A DNA stretch of 32,000 bases from Geobacter metallireducens GS-15 (lineage in GTDB: Bacteria > Desulfobacterota > Desulfuromonadia > Geobacterales > Geobacteraceae), in the NCBI RefSeq assembly GCF_000012925.1, contig NC_007517.1, forward strand, positions 420,001 to 452,000, given 5' to 3'. Each line of letters starts with the position of its first letter. The stretch's first letter is position 1. The notes beneath the pieces were generated by a model. It was given only the letters and a program-made list of their open reading frames with translations, had not been told where the DNA came from and did not search any database. The translations under genes and the position numbers were made by a program. Of the stretch, positions 8,434 through 20,322 are shown piece by piece.

Positions 8434-9740
8434 AATTCCTCGATATCAGGGATACGAACTTCGACATGGAATTCGCCGCCATCCTCGCCCGGGGCGAGGA
8501 GACCGGCCGCGAGGTGGAACAGGTGGTCCTCGACATCATCGCCGATGTCCGTGCGCGGGGTGATGAGGCGCTCCTGGAGTACACCCGGCGCTTCGACCGG
8601 CTTGAGGCCGATTCCGTCGCCTCGCTTCAGGTAACCGAGGACGAGGTCGACTACGCCTTTGCCCGGGTGAAGGACGAGGAGATCGCGGCCCTCAAGCTGG
8701 CAGTGGAGCGGGTGGCCCGCTTCCACGAGAAGCAGAAGCAGGAGACCTGGCTCTCCACCGGCGAGCCCGACATCCTTCTCGGCCAGATGGTGACTCCCCT
8801 GGAGCGGGTCGGGATCTATGTCCCCGGCGGCAAAGCGAGCTATCCCTCCAGCGTCATCATGAACGCGGTACCGGCCCGGGTGGCGGGCGTCGGCGAGGTC
8901 GTCATGGTGGCCCCGACTCCTGGCGGCGAGATCAATCCCCATGTCCTGGTGGCGGCGCGGTTCTCCGGCGTGGACCGGATCTTCCGACTCGGCGGCGCCC
9001 AGGCCGTGGCGGCCCTGGCCTACGGAACCGCCACGGTGCCCAAGGTGGACAAAATCACCGGCCCGGGGAACATCTACGTGGCCACGGCCAAGAAGCTGGT
9101 CTTCGGCCAGGTGGGGATCGACATGATCGCCGGCCCCAGCGAGATCCTCGTCATCAACGACGGAAGCGGCACCCCGGCCCACATCGCCGCAGACCTCCTC
9201 TCCCAGGCGGAGCACGACGAACTCGCTTCGTCCATCCTCATCACCACCGACCGCGGCTTCGGCGAGCGGGTGGCGGCGGAGGTGGAGCGGCAACTGGCGG
9301 AGCTCTCCCGGGAGACCATTGCCCGGAGATCGTGGGAAACGTACGGTGCCGTCATCGTGGCCGGAAGCCTCGACGAGGCCATCGCGTTCAGCAACCGGAT
9401 CGCCCCGGAGCACCTGGAGCTGGCCGTGACGAACCCCTTCGATGTCCTGCCGAAAATCAGGAACGCCGGGGCCATCTTCCTCGGTCACTTTACTCCCGAG
9501 GCGGCGGGGGATTATCTGGCCGGTCCGAATCACACCCTTCCCACCGGCGGCACGGCCCGGTTCTTCTCACCTCTGTCGGTGGACGATTTCGTGAAGAAGT
9601 CCTCCATCGTCTACTTCAGCGAGAGCGGGTTGAATCGTCTGGGGGGGGGCATCGTCCGGATCGCCGAACTGGAGGGGCTGGAAGCCCACGGCAGGTCGGT
9701 GAGCGTGAGACTGAAGGGGGAAGGAGAGGCCCGGAAATGA
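8430..9740 (+). CDS. hisD: Histidinol dehydrogenase
   Basis: [12 protein letters not shown]...; conserved [23 protein letters not shown] and [13 protein letters not shown] motifs. The true ATG 8430 overlaps the hisG stop (ATGA). The track ORF start at 7989 is an out-of-context in-frame extension through hisG. Confidence 0.94.
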
Positions 9741-10789
9741 TTCCACTTCGACAGAACATCGCCTCCATGAAGGGGTACATCCCCGGTTACCAGCCGCCCG
9801 ATATCGCCTCGTGGATCAAGCTGAACACGAACGAAAACCCGTATCCGCCGTCGCCGGAGGTGGTAAAGGCCATTCTTGAGGAACTTGGACCGGACGGGGC
9901 TGCCCTGCGCATCTACCCCAGTGCCTCCAGCCAGAAGCTGCGCGAAGTGGCCGGAGAACTGTACGGTTTCGACCCATCCTGGATCATCATGGCCAACGGC
10001 TCCGACGAGGTGCTGAACAACCTGATCCGTGCCTTTGCCGCCGAAGGGGAGGAGATCGGCTACGTTCACCCCTCATACTCCTACTACGGCACGCTTGCCG
10101 AGGTCCAGGGGGCCCGGGTACGCACGTTCGGCCTGACCGGCGACTTTCGGATCGCCGGTTTTCCGGAGCGCTACGAAGGGAAAGTATTCTTCCTCACCAC
10201 CCCCAACGCACCGCTTGGTCCCAGTTTCCCGCTCGAGTACATCGACGAGCTGGCCCGGCGTTGCGCCGGCATGCTGGTACTGGACGAAACCTATGCCGAA
10301 TTTGCCGAATCCAATGCTTTGGAGCTGGTGAGAAGACACGAGAATGTGGTGGTGACGCGCACCCTTTCCAAGAGCTATTCCCTGGCCGGCATGCGTATCG
10401 GCCTCGCCATTGCCCGTCCGGAGGTGATTGCGGCCTTGGACAAGATCCGTGACCATTACAATCTCGACCGCCTGGCCCAGGCGGCCTGCGTGGCCGCACT
10501 CCGCGATCAGGCATATCTGTCGGAATGCTGCCGGAGAATCCGCGAGACGCGGGAATGGTTCACCACTGAACTGCGCTCCATTGGCTATGACGTTATCCCC
10601 TCCCAGGGGAACTACCTGTTTGCCACTCCCCCTGATCGCGACGGCAAGCGGGTTTACGACGGGCTCTACGCCCGCAAGGTCCTGGTCCGTCACTTCTCTG
10701 ACCCGCTCCTGGCCCATGGGATGAGGATCTCCATTGGCACCCGGGAGGAGATGGAGCAGACCCTCGCCGCCCTGAAAGAGATTGGCTAA
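9737..10789 (+). CDS. hisC: Histidinol-phosphate aminotransferase
   Basis: [17 protein letters not shown]...[11 protein letters not shown]...; PLP-lysine context [17 protein letters not shown] 9737 overlaps the hisD stop (ATGA). 350 aa. Confidence 0.93.
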
Positions 10790-10814
10790 CTTCGATCCCC
10801 ACGAGGAGGGTTCC

Positions 10815-11402
10815 ATGTCCCGGAAAGCCACCATCGAACGCGTCACCAAAGAAACCCAGATCAAACTCTCCCTGGAGATCGACGGGGCGGGCGAGGCGAA
10901 GATCTGCACTTCGGTGCCGTTTCTCGACCACATGCTCGACCTCTTCGCCCGCCATGGCCTCTTCAACCTCCAGGTGGACGCCAGGGGGGACATCGACATC
11001 GACTTCCACCACACGGTGGAGGATATCGGCATCGTCCTCGGCCAGGCGCTGAAGGAAGCCCTGGGCGACAAGAAGGGAATCCGGCGCTACGGCCAGGCCA
11101 GCGTCCCCATGGACGAGACCCTTGCCAGTGTAGCGGTGGACATCTCGGGGCGTCCCTACCTCGTCTACCACGTCGCGCTTCCCAAGGTGAAGATCGGTGA
11201 GTTTGACGTGGAGCTGGTGCGAGAGTTTTTCCAGGCGGTGGTCAACAACCTGGGCGCCAATATCCACGTGAACGTCATGTACGGCGACAACGTCCACCAC
11301 ATGGTCGAGGCCTGCTTCAAGGCCTTTGCCCGGGCCATGGACCAGGCGACCCAGGTGGATCCCCGGATCGAAGGGGTCATGTCGACGAAGGGCAAGCTCT
11401 GA
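10815..11402 (+). CDS. hisB: Imidazoleglycerol-phosphate dehydratase (monofunctional)
   Basis: [16 protein letters not shown]..., DxHHxxE motif ([10 protein letters not shown]), [14 protein letters not shown]. Start at ATG 10815 with GAGGAGG SD (10804-10810). At 195 aa there is no fused phosphatase domain. Confidence 0.94.
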   Translation: MSRKATIERVTKETQIKLSLEIDGAGEAKICTSVPFLDHMLDLFARHGLFNLQVDARGDIDIDFHHTVEDIGIVLGQALKEALGDKKGIRRYGQASVPMDETLASVAVDISGRPYLVYHVALPKVKIGEFDVELVREFFQAVVNNLGANIHVNVMYGDNVHHMVEACFKAFARAMDQATQVDPRIEGVMSTKGKL

Positions 11403-11403
11403 T

Positions 11404-12036
11404 ATGGCAACAATCGCAATCATCGACTACGGCATGGGTAATCTCCGCTCCGTCCAGAAGGGGTTCGAAAAGGTGGGGTTCGAGGCGGTGGTGACCGCCG
11501 ACCCGAAGGTGGTCCTGGAGGCGGAGAAGGTGGTCCTCCCCGGCGTGGGGGCGTTCCGGGACTGTATGCGCAACCTGGAGCAGGGTGGGTTCGTGGAGCC
11601 GATTCTCACGGTGATCCAGGATGGACGCCCCTTCCTCGGCATCTGCGTCGGGATGCAGCTCCTCTTCACCGATAGCGTGGAGTTCGGCCTTTACCAGGGG
11701 CTGAACGTCATTCCCGGCCACGTCCTCCGCTTCCCCGAGGGGATGCGCGAAAGAGGCGAGGATCTCAAGGTCCCCCACATGGGGTGGAACCAGCTTTCCA
11801 TCAAACGTCGCCCTTCGGCTTTCTCCGATGTTGAGGATGGAGCGAACGTTTATTTCGTTCACTCGTTCTACGCAAAGCCCGATGAAGAGGGTGTCGTTGC
11901 CGCTACGAGCAGTTACGGTATTGATTTCTGCGCCGCCGTCTGGAAGGACAACATCGTCGCCACCCAGTTCCACCCCGAGAAGTCCCAGGCGGTGGGTTTA
12001 AGTATTTTAAAAAATTTCGCGCTTTCAAAAGCATAA
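11404..12036 (+). CDS. hisH: Imidazole glycerol phosphate synthase, glutamine amidotransferase subunit
   Basis: MATIAIIDYGMGNLRSV, catalytic LGICVGMQLL, C-terminal QFHPEKS. ATG 11404 lies 1 nt after the hisB stop. Confidence 0.94.
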   Translation: MATIAIIDYGMGNLRSVQKGFEKVGFEAVVTADPKVVLEAEKVVLPGVGAFRDCMRNLEQGGFVEPILTVIQDGRPFLGICVGMQLLFTDSVEFGLYQGLNVIPGHVLRFPEGMRERGEDLKVPHMGWNQLSIKRRPSAFSDVEDGANVYFVHSFYAKPDEEGVVAATSSYGIDFCAAVWKDNIVATQFHPEKSQAVGLSILKNFALSKA

Positions 12037-12043
12037 AATCCAC

Positions 12044-12109
12044 CATGGAGACACGGAGGCACGGAGTAATTCTCCTATGGGCCTTTCTCCGTGTCTCCGT
12101 GCCTCCGTG
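12044..12109. repeat. Palindromic intergenic (REP-like) element built from 8-nt-phased heptamers
   Basis: 5' arm CATGGAG-A-CACGGAG-G-CACGGAG (12044-12066). 20-nt loop. 3' arm CTCCGTG-T-CTCCGTG-C-CTCCGTG (12087-12109). Perfect 15-bp pairing 12052-12066 / 12095-12109, and an alternative perfect 12-bp pairing 12047-12058 / 12087-12098. T7 run at 12118-12124. Confidence 0.85.
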
Positions 12110-12126
12110 GTGAAAGGTTTTTTTGA

Positions 12127-12861
12127 ATGATCGTCATACCTGCCATCGACCTCAAGGAAGGAAAGTGCGTCCGCCTCGAACAGGGGCTCATGGAGAAGGA
12201 CACTGTCTTCTGCGACAATCCGGCCGACCAGGCCCGGGCGTGGGAGCGCCAGGGGGCGGAACTACTCCATATCGTTGACCTGGACGGCGCCTTTGCCGGT
12301 GAGCCGAAAAACCGGGCCTCCATCGAAGCGATTGTCAAGGCCATTGCCATTCCGACCCAACTAGGGGGGGGCATCCGGGACATCCCCACCATTGAGGCGT
12401 ACCTATCGCTTGGCATCGGCCGGGTGATCCTCGGCACTGCGGCCCAGCGCAACCCGGAGCTGGTGGAGGAGGCGTGCCGCCTCTTTCCCGGACGGATCGT
12501 TGTGGGGATCGACGCCAAGGACGGCATGGTGGCGGTCCAGGGGTGGGCCGAGGTGACCGGCGTCACGGCGGTGGATCTGGCGAAGCGGTTCGAGGGGTAC
12601 GGCGTCGCCGCAATCATCTACACCGACATCGCTCGTGACGGCATGATGCAGGGGCCCAACATCGCGGCGACCAGAGCCTTGGCCGAGGCGATCTCGATCC
12701 CGGTCATCGCTTCCGGCGGGGTGTCGTCCCTGAAGGACATCGAGAACCTCATGACCATTGAGGCGAGCGGCATCGCCGGCGCCATTACGGGCAAGGCAGT
12801 CTACACCGGGGCCATCAACCTGGCCGAGGCCGTGGCCCTCACGAAGCGAGGAGGGGCGTAA
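12127..12861 (+). CDS. hisA: 1-(5-phosphoribosyl)-5-[(5-phosphoribosylamino)methylideneamino]imidazole-4-carboxamide isomerase
   Basis: [20 protein letters not shown]...HIVDLDGA...IASGGVSS; 244 aa. Confidence 0.94.
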
Positions 12862-12862
12862 C

Positions 12863-13624
12863 ATGCTGACCAAGCGGATTATTCCGTGCCTCGACGTGAA
12901 GGGGGGGCGGGTCGTCAAGGGGGTCCAGTTCCTGGAGCTGCGGGACGCCGGCGACCCGGTGGAGATCGCGGAAGCCTATGACCGCCAAGGGGCCGACGAG
13001 CTCACGTTCCTCGACATCACTGCCTCGTCTGACGAGCGGAACATCATCATCGACGTGGTGCGCCGCACCGCCGAGCGGGTCTTCATGCCGCTCACCGTGG
13101 GGGGCGGCGTCCGAATCGTGGACGATATCCGCAATCTCCTGAACGCCGGTGCCGACAAGGTCTCCATCAATACGGCGGCGGTCCATCGCCCTGAGTTCGT
13201 CCGGGAGGCGGCGGAGCGCTTCGGCTCCCAGTGCACCGTGGTGGCCATCGACGCCCGGCAGGTCCCGGGCGAAAACCGCTGGGAGGTCTACACCCATGGC
13301 GGTCGCAACCCCACCGGCATCGACGCGGTGGAGTGGGCTCGACGGATGGAGGAGTACGGCGCCGGCGAGATCCTCCTCACCAGCATGGACCGGGACGGCA
13401 CCAAGGACGGCTACGACATCTCTCTGACTCGCGCCATTGTCGATGCGGTCTCCATCCCGGTCATCGCCTCCGGCGGGGTGGGGAACTTGGAGCATCTCCA
13501 CGACGGCTTCGTAAAGGCGGGAGCCTCGGCATGTCTTGCCGCCTCCATTTTTCACTACAAGGAGTACACCATCGGCGAGGCGAAGGAGTATCTCCGTGGG
13601 CGGGGGGTCCCGGTCCGGTTATGA
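12863..13624 (+). CDS. hisF: Imidazole glycerol phosphate synthase, cyclase subunit
   Basis: [23 protein letters not shown]...LTVGGGV...IASGGVG. ATG 12863 lies 1 nt after the hisA stop. The track start at 12758 is an extension into hisA. Confidence 0.95.
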   Translation: MLTKRIIPCLDVKGGRVVKGVQFLELRDAGDPVEIAEAYDRQGADELTFLDITASSDERNIIIDVVRRTAERVFMPLTVGGGVRIVDDIRNLLNAGADKVSINTAAVHRPEFVREAAERFGSQCTVVAIDARQVPGENRWEVYTHGGRNPTGIDAVEWARRMEEYGAGEILLTSMDRDGTKDGYDISLTRAIVDAVSIPVIASGGVGNLEHLHDGFVKAGASACLAASIFHYKEYTIGEAKEYLRGRGVPVRL

Positions 13625-13950
13625 ACGAACGTGACGATATTCTGCAGGCTGTTTATCGGGTGATCAAGGAGCGCAAGGGCGCTTCCGCTGATTCTTCCTA
13701 CACCGCATCGCTCCTCCAGAAGGGGATCGACAAGATCCTCAAGAAGCTCGGCGAGGAGGCCACTGAAGTGGTCATCGCCGGCAAGGGGGGGAAGCGGGAG
13801 GAGATTGTCTACGAGACCGCCGACCTCTTTTTTCACACTCTCGTGCTCCTGGGCTACTACGACATCGACCCCGAAGAGATCTACGCGGAACTGCGCCGTC
13901 GCTTCGGTACTTCCGGCATCGCCGAGAAGGCGTCGCGGCCCAAGGAATGA
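13621..13950 (+). CDS. hisE: Phosphoribosyl-ATP diphosphatase (stand-alone HisE)
   Basis: [19 protein letters not shown]...[28 protein letters not shown]...[16 protein letters not shown] 13621 overlaps the hisF stop (ATGA). At 109 aa there is no HisI domain. Confidence 0.92.
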   Translation: MNERDDILQAVYRVIKERKGASADSSYTASLLQKGIDKILKKLGEEATEVVIAGKGGKREEIVYETADLFFHTLVLLGYYDIDPEEIYAELRRRFGTSGIAEKASRPKE

Positions 13951-13978
13951 AAACCTCCTGAATATCTGTAAAAAATTG

Positions 13979-14007
13979 TTGACACAAATACGGTAGCCGC
14001 ATATTAT
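13979..14007 (+). promoter_or_regulatory. Near-consensus sigma70 promoter of the rpsU-(yqeY)-...-dnaG-rpoD unit
   Basis: TTGACA (13979-13984), 17-nt spacer, TATTAT (14002-14007). It lies about 90 nt upstream of rpsU. Confidence 0.75.
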
Positions 14008-14097
14008 GTGTGGTCTGTGAAAAAATATCCGGCCCATGAGTAATTTCTTCTATAAGCCCAAGTGGCCACTTTACATAGAGGAGGGAGGGGAATATGC

Positions 14098-14295
14098 ATG
14101 CCGGGTGTCAAGGTAAAAGAAGCTGAGCCTTTTGAGCTTGCGCTGAAGAAGTTCAAAAAACAGTGTGAGAAGGCGGGGATCCTCTCCGAGGTCCGCAAGC
14201 GCGAGCATTACGAGAAGCCGAGCATCAAGAAGAAGAAAAAGGCTATCGCCGCGCGCAAGCGTGCCATGAAAAAACAGCGTAAGATGATGGACTAA
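14098..14295 (+). CDS. rpsU: 30S ribosomal protein S21
   Basis: [42 protein letters not shown] aligns with E. coli S21 ([27 protein letters not shown]...). Start at ATG 14098 after GAGGAGGGAGGGG. The track start at 14062 is an extension. Confidence 0.96.
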
Positions 14296-14307
14296 TCAGG
14301 GATATTC

Positions 14308-14748
14308 ATGCTGCGGGACAGACTGAACGATGAGATGAAGCAGGCCATGAAGGCCCGGGACGAGATACGGCTCTCCGTCATCCGTCTCATTCGCTCATCG
14401 GTCAAAAATCGTGAAATCGAGTTGCGGCACGAGCTTACCGATGGGGAGATAACGGAGGTTCTCTCCACCTTGGTCAAGCAACGCCGGGAGTCGATCCGGA
14501 TGTTTGGCGAGGCAGGTCGGACCGACCTCGTCGAGAAGGAGGAGAAAGAGCTGGCAGTGCTTCTCACCTTCCTCCCGCAGCAGCTTTCCCGTGAAGAGGT
14601 TGAGGCGCTGGTCGTGCAGGCCATCGCAGACAGTGGAGCCCAGGGCCCGAAGGATATGGGGAAGGTGATGAAAGCCATCATGCCTCACGTGACCGGCAGG
14701 GCTGACGGTTCCCTGGTCAGTGTAGTGGTTAAGGAAAAGCTTGCGTAG
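14308..14748 (+). CDS. GatB/YqeY domain-containing protein
   Basis: MLRDRLNDEMKQAMKARDEIRLSVIRLIRSSVKNREIE...GPKDMGKVMKAIMPHVTGRADGSLVSVVVKEKL is the typical YqeY family pattern. rpsU-yqeY adjacency is common. Confidence 0.88.
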   Translation: MLRDRLNDEMKQAMKARDEIRLSVIRLIRSSVKNREIELRHELTDGEITEVLSTLVKQRRESIRMFGEAGRTDLVEKEEKELAVLLTFLPQQLSREEVEALVVQAIADSGAQGPKDMGKVMKAIMPHVTGRADGSLVSVVVKEKLA

Positions 14749-14791
14749 CGTTGCGCTCTTTTTCTGACATCACAATACTAATATGAGCTAT

Positions 14792-14827
14792 GGGGGCGAT
14801 TCTCTGGATTGCCCCCTTCTTCTTTTG
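14792..14827 (+). terminator. Rho-independent terminator/attenuator inside the rpsU-dnaG-rpoD unit
   Basis: GGGGGCGATTC (14792-14802) pairs with GGATTGCCCCC (14806-16) as an 11-bp stem with 2 G-U pairs. It is followed by TTCTTCTTTTG. The position is analogous to the internal terminator between rpsU and dnaG in E. coli. Confidence 0.7.
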
Positions 14828-14853
14828 CCCGTTGTTAAGGTTACGAGTTCGGC

Positions 14854-15390
14854 ATGAGCCTCCTCGATATACTGCTCTGGGCCGTTTTGCTGGGGTTTGC
14901 GGCAAAGGGGTTCATGAAGGGTTTTGTCCGCGAGGTCTGCTCACTCCTCGGGTTGGTGACCGGAGGGTGGGCGGCCTTTACCTATTACCAGGCCGCTGGC
15001 GCGTTCCTGGGGAATCTTATTCATCTTCCCCCCCGGGTGGCGTCCGCAGTGGCGTTCCTCTGCATCCTCCTGGCGATCGGCCTCCTCTTCTTTCTCGTCG
15101 GACACCTTCTCACCGTAATCTTGAAAATTGTCCTCCTCGGAGGGGTCAACCGCGTCGGGGGAATTGTCTTCGGCCTTTTGCAGGGAGGGCTTCTTCTCAG
15201 TATTGTCCTTTATCTGGCCAGTTCCCCTTCCGTTCCCCAGGGGGTACGGGGCAGGATAGCCGCATCCGGCTCTGCCCGGGCCCTCGCCGACTGCGGGAAG
15301 GACATTGTGACTGGTTGGCGAAAAAATGCTGTTGAGAAACGGCCTGCCGGAGAAAATCGGACTAAAGATGTCACTGATCCCCGACGATAA
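14854..15390 (+). CDS. cvpA: CvpA family membrane protein
   Basis: MSLLDILLWAVLLGFAAKGFMKGFVREVCSLLGLVTGGWAAF..., four predicted TM helices in the CvpA/colicin V production family pattern. Its 3' end overlaps the dnaG start. Confidence 0.8.
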   Translation: MSLLDILLWAVLLGFAAKGFMKGFVREVCSLLGLVTGGWAAFTYYQAAGAFLGNLIHLPPRVASAVAFLCILLAIGLLFFLVGHLLTVILKIVLLGGVNRVGGIVFGLLQGGLLLSIVLYLASSPSVPQGVRGRIAASGSARALADCGKDIVTGWRKNAVEKRPAGENRTKDVTDPRR

Positions 15391-17134
15391 GATCAGGGAG
15401 GTCCGGGAGCGGGCCTCGATTCTGGACGTGGTGTCCGACTACGTGAGCCTCCGGAAGTCGGGAGCCAACTACCAGGGGCTTTGCCCCTTCCATGGCGAGA
15501 AGACCCCTTCCTTCAACGTGAATCCGGCCCGGGGGATCTTCCACTGCTTCGGTTGCGGCGTGGGGGGGAATGCGATTACGTTCATCGCCAGGATGGAGGG
15601 GCTCTCGTTCCCCGAGGCGGTGAAGTTTCTTGCCAAGCGGGTGGGGGTTGAGATCGAGGATCGTCCCGTATCCGCTGCGGAAAAGCGGCGCCTGGACGAA
15701 CGGGAGGAACTCCACGGTATCATGGATCTGGCCGTGGGGTTCTACCGCGAGGCCCTCGAACGGAGCGAGGAGGGGGGGACGGCGCGTCGCTATCTGGAAG
15801 GACGTGGTGTGGATCGGGCCACGGCAGAGGCGTACTGCCTCGGCTTTGCCCCGGACCGCTGGGACTTCTTGGCCCGTCATCTCCAGCATCGCTCGGTGCC
15901 GCTGGAACTGGCGGAGAAGCTAGGTCTTGTGAGACGTCGGGACGGAGGCGGGTTCTATGACACCTTCCGAAACCGGCTTCTCTTTACCATCACCGACATC
16001 CATGGCCGTGCCATCGGGTTCGGCGGCAGGGTTCTCGACGACTCGCTACCCAAATACATCAATTCTCCCGAATCGCCCATCTATCACAAGAGCGAGGTCC
16101 TCTTCGGCGTCTCCCTCGCCAAGGGAGCCATGCGGGAGACGGCGAGCGCCATCGTGGTGGAGGGGTATTTTGACCATTTGGCCCTCTACCAGGCAGGGGT
16201 TAGGAACGTGGTCGCCACCTGCGGTACGGCCCTCACCGAGGGGCATATCAAGCTTCTGAAGCGCTACGCGGGGAATGTCTATACCCTGTTCGACGCCGAC
16301 AGCGCCGGACGGAAAGCGACGCTGCGGGCCATGGACCTCTGCCTCGATGCCGGATTCCCCGCCCATGTGGTGGAGCTGACCGCCGGGGAGGATCCGGACA
16401 GCTTCATCCGGAAAGAGGGTGCCGAGACGTTTTCGGCCCGTCTGGCAAAAGCGCGTCCGGTGGTTGATTATTTCTTTCGTCAGCTGGTGCGGGACGAGGA
16501 TACCGGTACCGTCGAGGGGAAGGTGAAGGTCATCGACGAGATGGCCCCGCGGCTTGCAAGGGTCTCCAATGCCATCGAGCGGGAACTCTATGTGCGGGAA
16601 ATCTCCCGGGTTCTCGGTGTCGATGTTCGCTCTTTGGCGCGGAAGATCGGTGGTTCCTCGTCCCCTGCTGCTCCCCGGGACGAGAGGGCTCCCGCGCAGT
16701 CTCGCCGGAAAAAGGGTGCCACCCCCGAGGAGATGCTCCTCTCGCTCATGGGGCGCTATCCTGAGGTGGCTGAACGGGTAAGGAACCACGACCCTGCGCG
16801 TATCTTCGGCCCGCAGTTCCTTCCCGTCGCCGAGGCAATCCTGGAGCGTATCGGAGCCGGGAAGCCAGTCGAATGGAGCGAGATTCTCGATCTGGTGGAA
16901 GGGGGAGAGGAACGGGGCCGTATCGCCGCATTTCTTGTCAACGACGACCATCTGGCCGACGTTGATGTCCACAAGGCCTTTGACCAGTGCCGTGCGGCTC
17001 TGGAGCGGAACTCTCTCGGCCGGATGAAGGAGTTGGCTCGGGAACTGGCGGCGACCGACCCCGATAGTCCTCGCTACCGGGATCTCCTGGCTGAGATTGA
17101 TGCCTTGCGAAACCGTAAATCGCAGTTATCTTAA
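15368..17134 (+). CDS. dnaG: DNA primase
   Basis: Zinc-ribbon [34 protein letters not shown] and Toprim region (IVVEGYFD...[12 protein letters not shown]). ATG 15368 ([12 protein letters not shown]...) aligns best with other DnaG N-termini. In-frame ATG 15326 is an alternative start. Confidence 0.93.
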   Translation: MSLIPDDKIREVRERASILDVVSDYVSLRKSGANYQGLCPFHGEKTPSFNVNPARGIFHCFGCGVGGNAITFIARMEGLSFPEAVKFLAKRVGVEIEDRPVSAAEKRRLDEREELHGIMDLAVGFYREALERSEEGGTARRYLEGRGVDRATAEAYCLGFAPDRWDFLARHLQHRSVPLELAEKLGLVRRRDGGGFYDTFRNRLLFTITDIHGRAIGFGGRVLDDSLPKYINSPESPIYHKSEVLFGVSLAKGAMRETASAIVVEGYFDHLALYQAGVRNVVATCGTALTEGHIKLLKRYAGNVYTLFDADSAGRKATLRAMDLCLDAGFPAHVVELTAGEDPDSFIRKEGAETFSARLAKARPVVDYFFRQLVRDEDTGTVEGKVKVIDEMAPRLARVSNAIERELYVREISRVLGVDVRSLARKIGGSSSPAAPRDERAPAQSRRKKGATPEEMLLSLMGRYPEVAERVRNHDPARIFGPQFLPVAEAILERIGAGKPVEWSEILDLVEGGEERGRIAAFLVNDDHLADVDVHKAFDQCRAALERNSLGRMKELARELAATDPDSPRYRDLLAEIDALRNRKSQLS

Positions 17135-17163
17135 TAAGAACAGCGTGCAATGAGGTGAATTTG

Positions 17164-18903
<1,740 letters not shown>

Positions 18904-18923
18904 CGCCCGCGAATCCCAACCAT

Positions 18924-18954
18924 GAAAGCCGCGTCGGTATCCGGCGCGGCTTTC
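18924..18954 (+). terminator. Candidate terminator hairpin after rpoD (weak U-tail)
   Basis: GAAAGCCGCG-T-CGG / CCG-G-CGCGGCTTTC is an imperfect 13-bp hairpin. The tail is only TTTCGCATTG, so termination efficiency is uncertain. Confidence 0.5.
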
Positions 18955-18986
18955 GCATTGCTGGACCATTCGTAGTGTGAGGAGCT

Positions 18987-19472
18987 ATGGCTAAGGAGAG
19001 CAAAGCGCCGGTCACGGCTGCGGTGCGGGCGTTGCGCGCCGCGAAGGTCCCATTCACCGACCACCTCTATGCCTATGAGGAAAAGGGGGGGACCGCCGTC
19101 TCCTCCCGGGAGCTGGAGGTGGACGAGCACGCCGTTGTGAAGACTCTCATCATGGAGGACGAGGCGAAAAATCCGCTAATCGTCCTGATGCACGGGGACC
19201 GCCAGGTTTCCACCAAGGAGTTGGCCCGGGTTCTGGGGGTGAAGGGGGTTTCTCCCTGCTCCCCCGACACGGCCCAGAAGCATACGGGATACCTCGTGGG
19301 GGGGACCTCTCCTTTCGGGACCCGCCGGCAGATGCCGGTCTGCATGGAAGAAACGATCCTTGACTTGCCCTGCATCTACATCAACGGCGGCAAGCGGGGA
19401 TATCTCGTGGGGATTGATCCCCGTGACGTGGTGAAGCTTCTCAATCCGACCCTGGTTCGGGTCGCCATCTGA
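18987..19472 (+). CDS. ybaK: Cys-tRNA(Pro)/Cys-tRNA(Cys) deacylase YbaK
   Basis: [15 protein letters not shown]...[10 protein letters not shown]...[11 protein letters not shown]...[10 protein letters not shown] show the YbaK/EbsC editing-domain pattern. GAGGAG SD. 161 aa. Confidence 0.85.
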   Translation: MAKESKAPVTAAVRALRAAKVPFTDHLYAYEEKGGTAVSSRELEVDEHAVVKTLIMEDEAKNPLIVLMHGDRQVSTKELARVLGVKGVSPCSPDTAQKHTGYLVGGTSPFGTRRQMPVCMEETILDLPCIYINGGKRGYLVGIDPRDVVKLLNPTLVRVAI

Positions 19473-19482
19473 GGGGGAACCC

Positions 19483-20322
19483 ATGGACCTTCAGGAGAAA
19501 GTTCGCGTTGCCGCCGAGGCGGTGAAGCACGCCGATGCCATCGTCATGACCGCCGGTGCCGGCATGGGGGTTGATTCGGGGTTGCCTGATTTCCGTGGCG
19601 ACACCGGGTTCTGGAAGGCGTATCCCCCTTACCAGAAGCTCGGCATTACCTTTGTGGGGGCCGCGAATCCCGACCACTTCGAGCGGGATCCGTCCTTCGG
19701 CTGGGGATTCTACGGCCATCGGACCAACCTTTACCGGGCCACGGTCCCCCATGCCGGCTTCGACATCCTGCGGGAATGGGTCCAACGGTACGGCCTTGAT
19801 TATTTCGTGGTCACCTCCAATGTGGACGGCCAGTTTCAGAAGGCCGGGTTTGCCGACGATCGTATCTTGGAAGTCCACGGCTCCATCCACCATCTCCAGT
19901 GCACGACGCCCTGCACCATGGCCATCTGGGAGAACCGAGAGACCATTCCGGTGGACGAGGCGACCATGCGGGCTGGGCACGTCCCCCGCTGCATTCACTG
20001 CGGCGCCGTGGCTCGCCCCAATATCCTCATGTTCGGCGACTACGGCTGGGTGAGTGACCGCTCGGCCCGGCAGCAGCGGAACTTTGACGAGTTCCTCGCC
20101 GACACCCGGGGGGGCCGCCTGGTGGTGGTCGAGATGGGGGCCGGCACCGCCATCCCGACTATTCGTTATCTGACCGAGGAACTTGGTTCCCGTTCCGAGG
20201 CGCTGGCCGTGCGGATCAATCCGCGGGAGCCCCAGATTCGCGCGCCTCACCTCTCTCTCCCCTGCGGCGCCCGGGAGGGAGTTGCCGCCATCAATGCCGT
20301 TCTTGCGGAGGAATCCCCTTGA
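19483..20322 (+). CDS. SIR2-family NAD-dependent protein deacylase
   Basis: GAGMGVDSGLPDFRG (NAD-binding), TSNVDG, catalytic HGS(I)H, and zinc-ribbon Cys pairs CTTPC ... CIHCG. 279 aa. Confidence 0.85.
   Translation: MDLQEKVRVAAEAVKHADAIVMTAGAGMGVDSGLPDFRGDTGFWKAYPPYQKLGITFVGAANPDHFERDPSFGWGFYGHRTNLYRATVPHAGFDILREWVQRYGLDYFVVTSNVDGQFQKAGFADDRILEVHGSIHHLQCTTPCTMAIWENRETIPVDEATMRAGHVPRCIHCGAVARPNILMFGDYGWVSDRSARQQRNFDEFLADTRGGRLVVVEMGAGTAIPTIRYLTEELGSRSEALAVRINPREPQIRAPHLSLPCGAREGVAAINAVLAEESP

Noticed and set aside
9641-9649. Homopolymeric G9 tract inside hisD, with G8 in hisA at 12364-12371 and G7 runs at 12904-12910 and 25246-25252, considered as possible slipped-strand phase-variation sites.
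   Set aside because: All the coding runs encode conserved Gly-Gly-Gly (for example LGGGI) in a high-GC genome that favours GGG/GGC codons. Phase variation of histidine biosynthesis is biologically implausible, and there is no evidence of frameshifted copies.
14790-15335. 181-aa + strand ORF overlapping cvpA in another frame.
   Set aside because: Its translation is Arg/Pro/Gly-rich. The cvpA frame gives four clean TM helices and a family-typical N-terminus.
19483-20322. The possibility that the SIR2 protein is a defence-associated sirtuin (Thoeris ThsA, DSR or SIR2-HerA type NADase).
   Set aside because: It is short at 279 aa, with the intact zinc-ribbon Cys pairs and catalytic His of conventional deacylases. 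It has no fused SLOG, TIR, Ago or DUF4020-like domain and no HerA or ThsB-type partner. Its neighbours are translation/RNA housekeeping genes.
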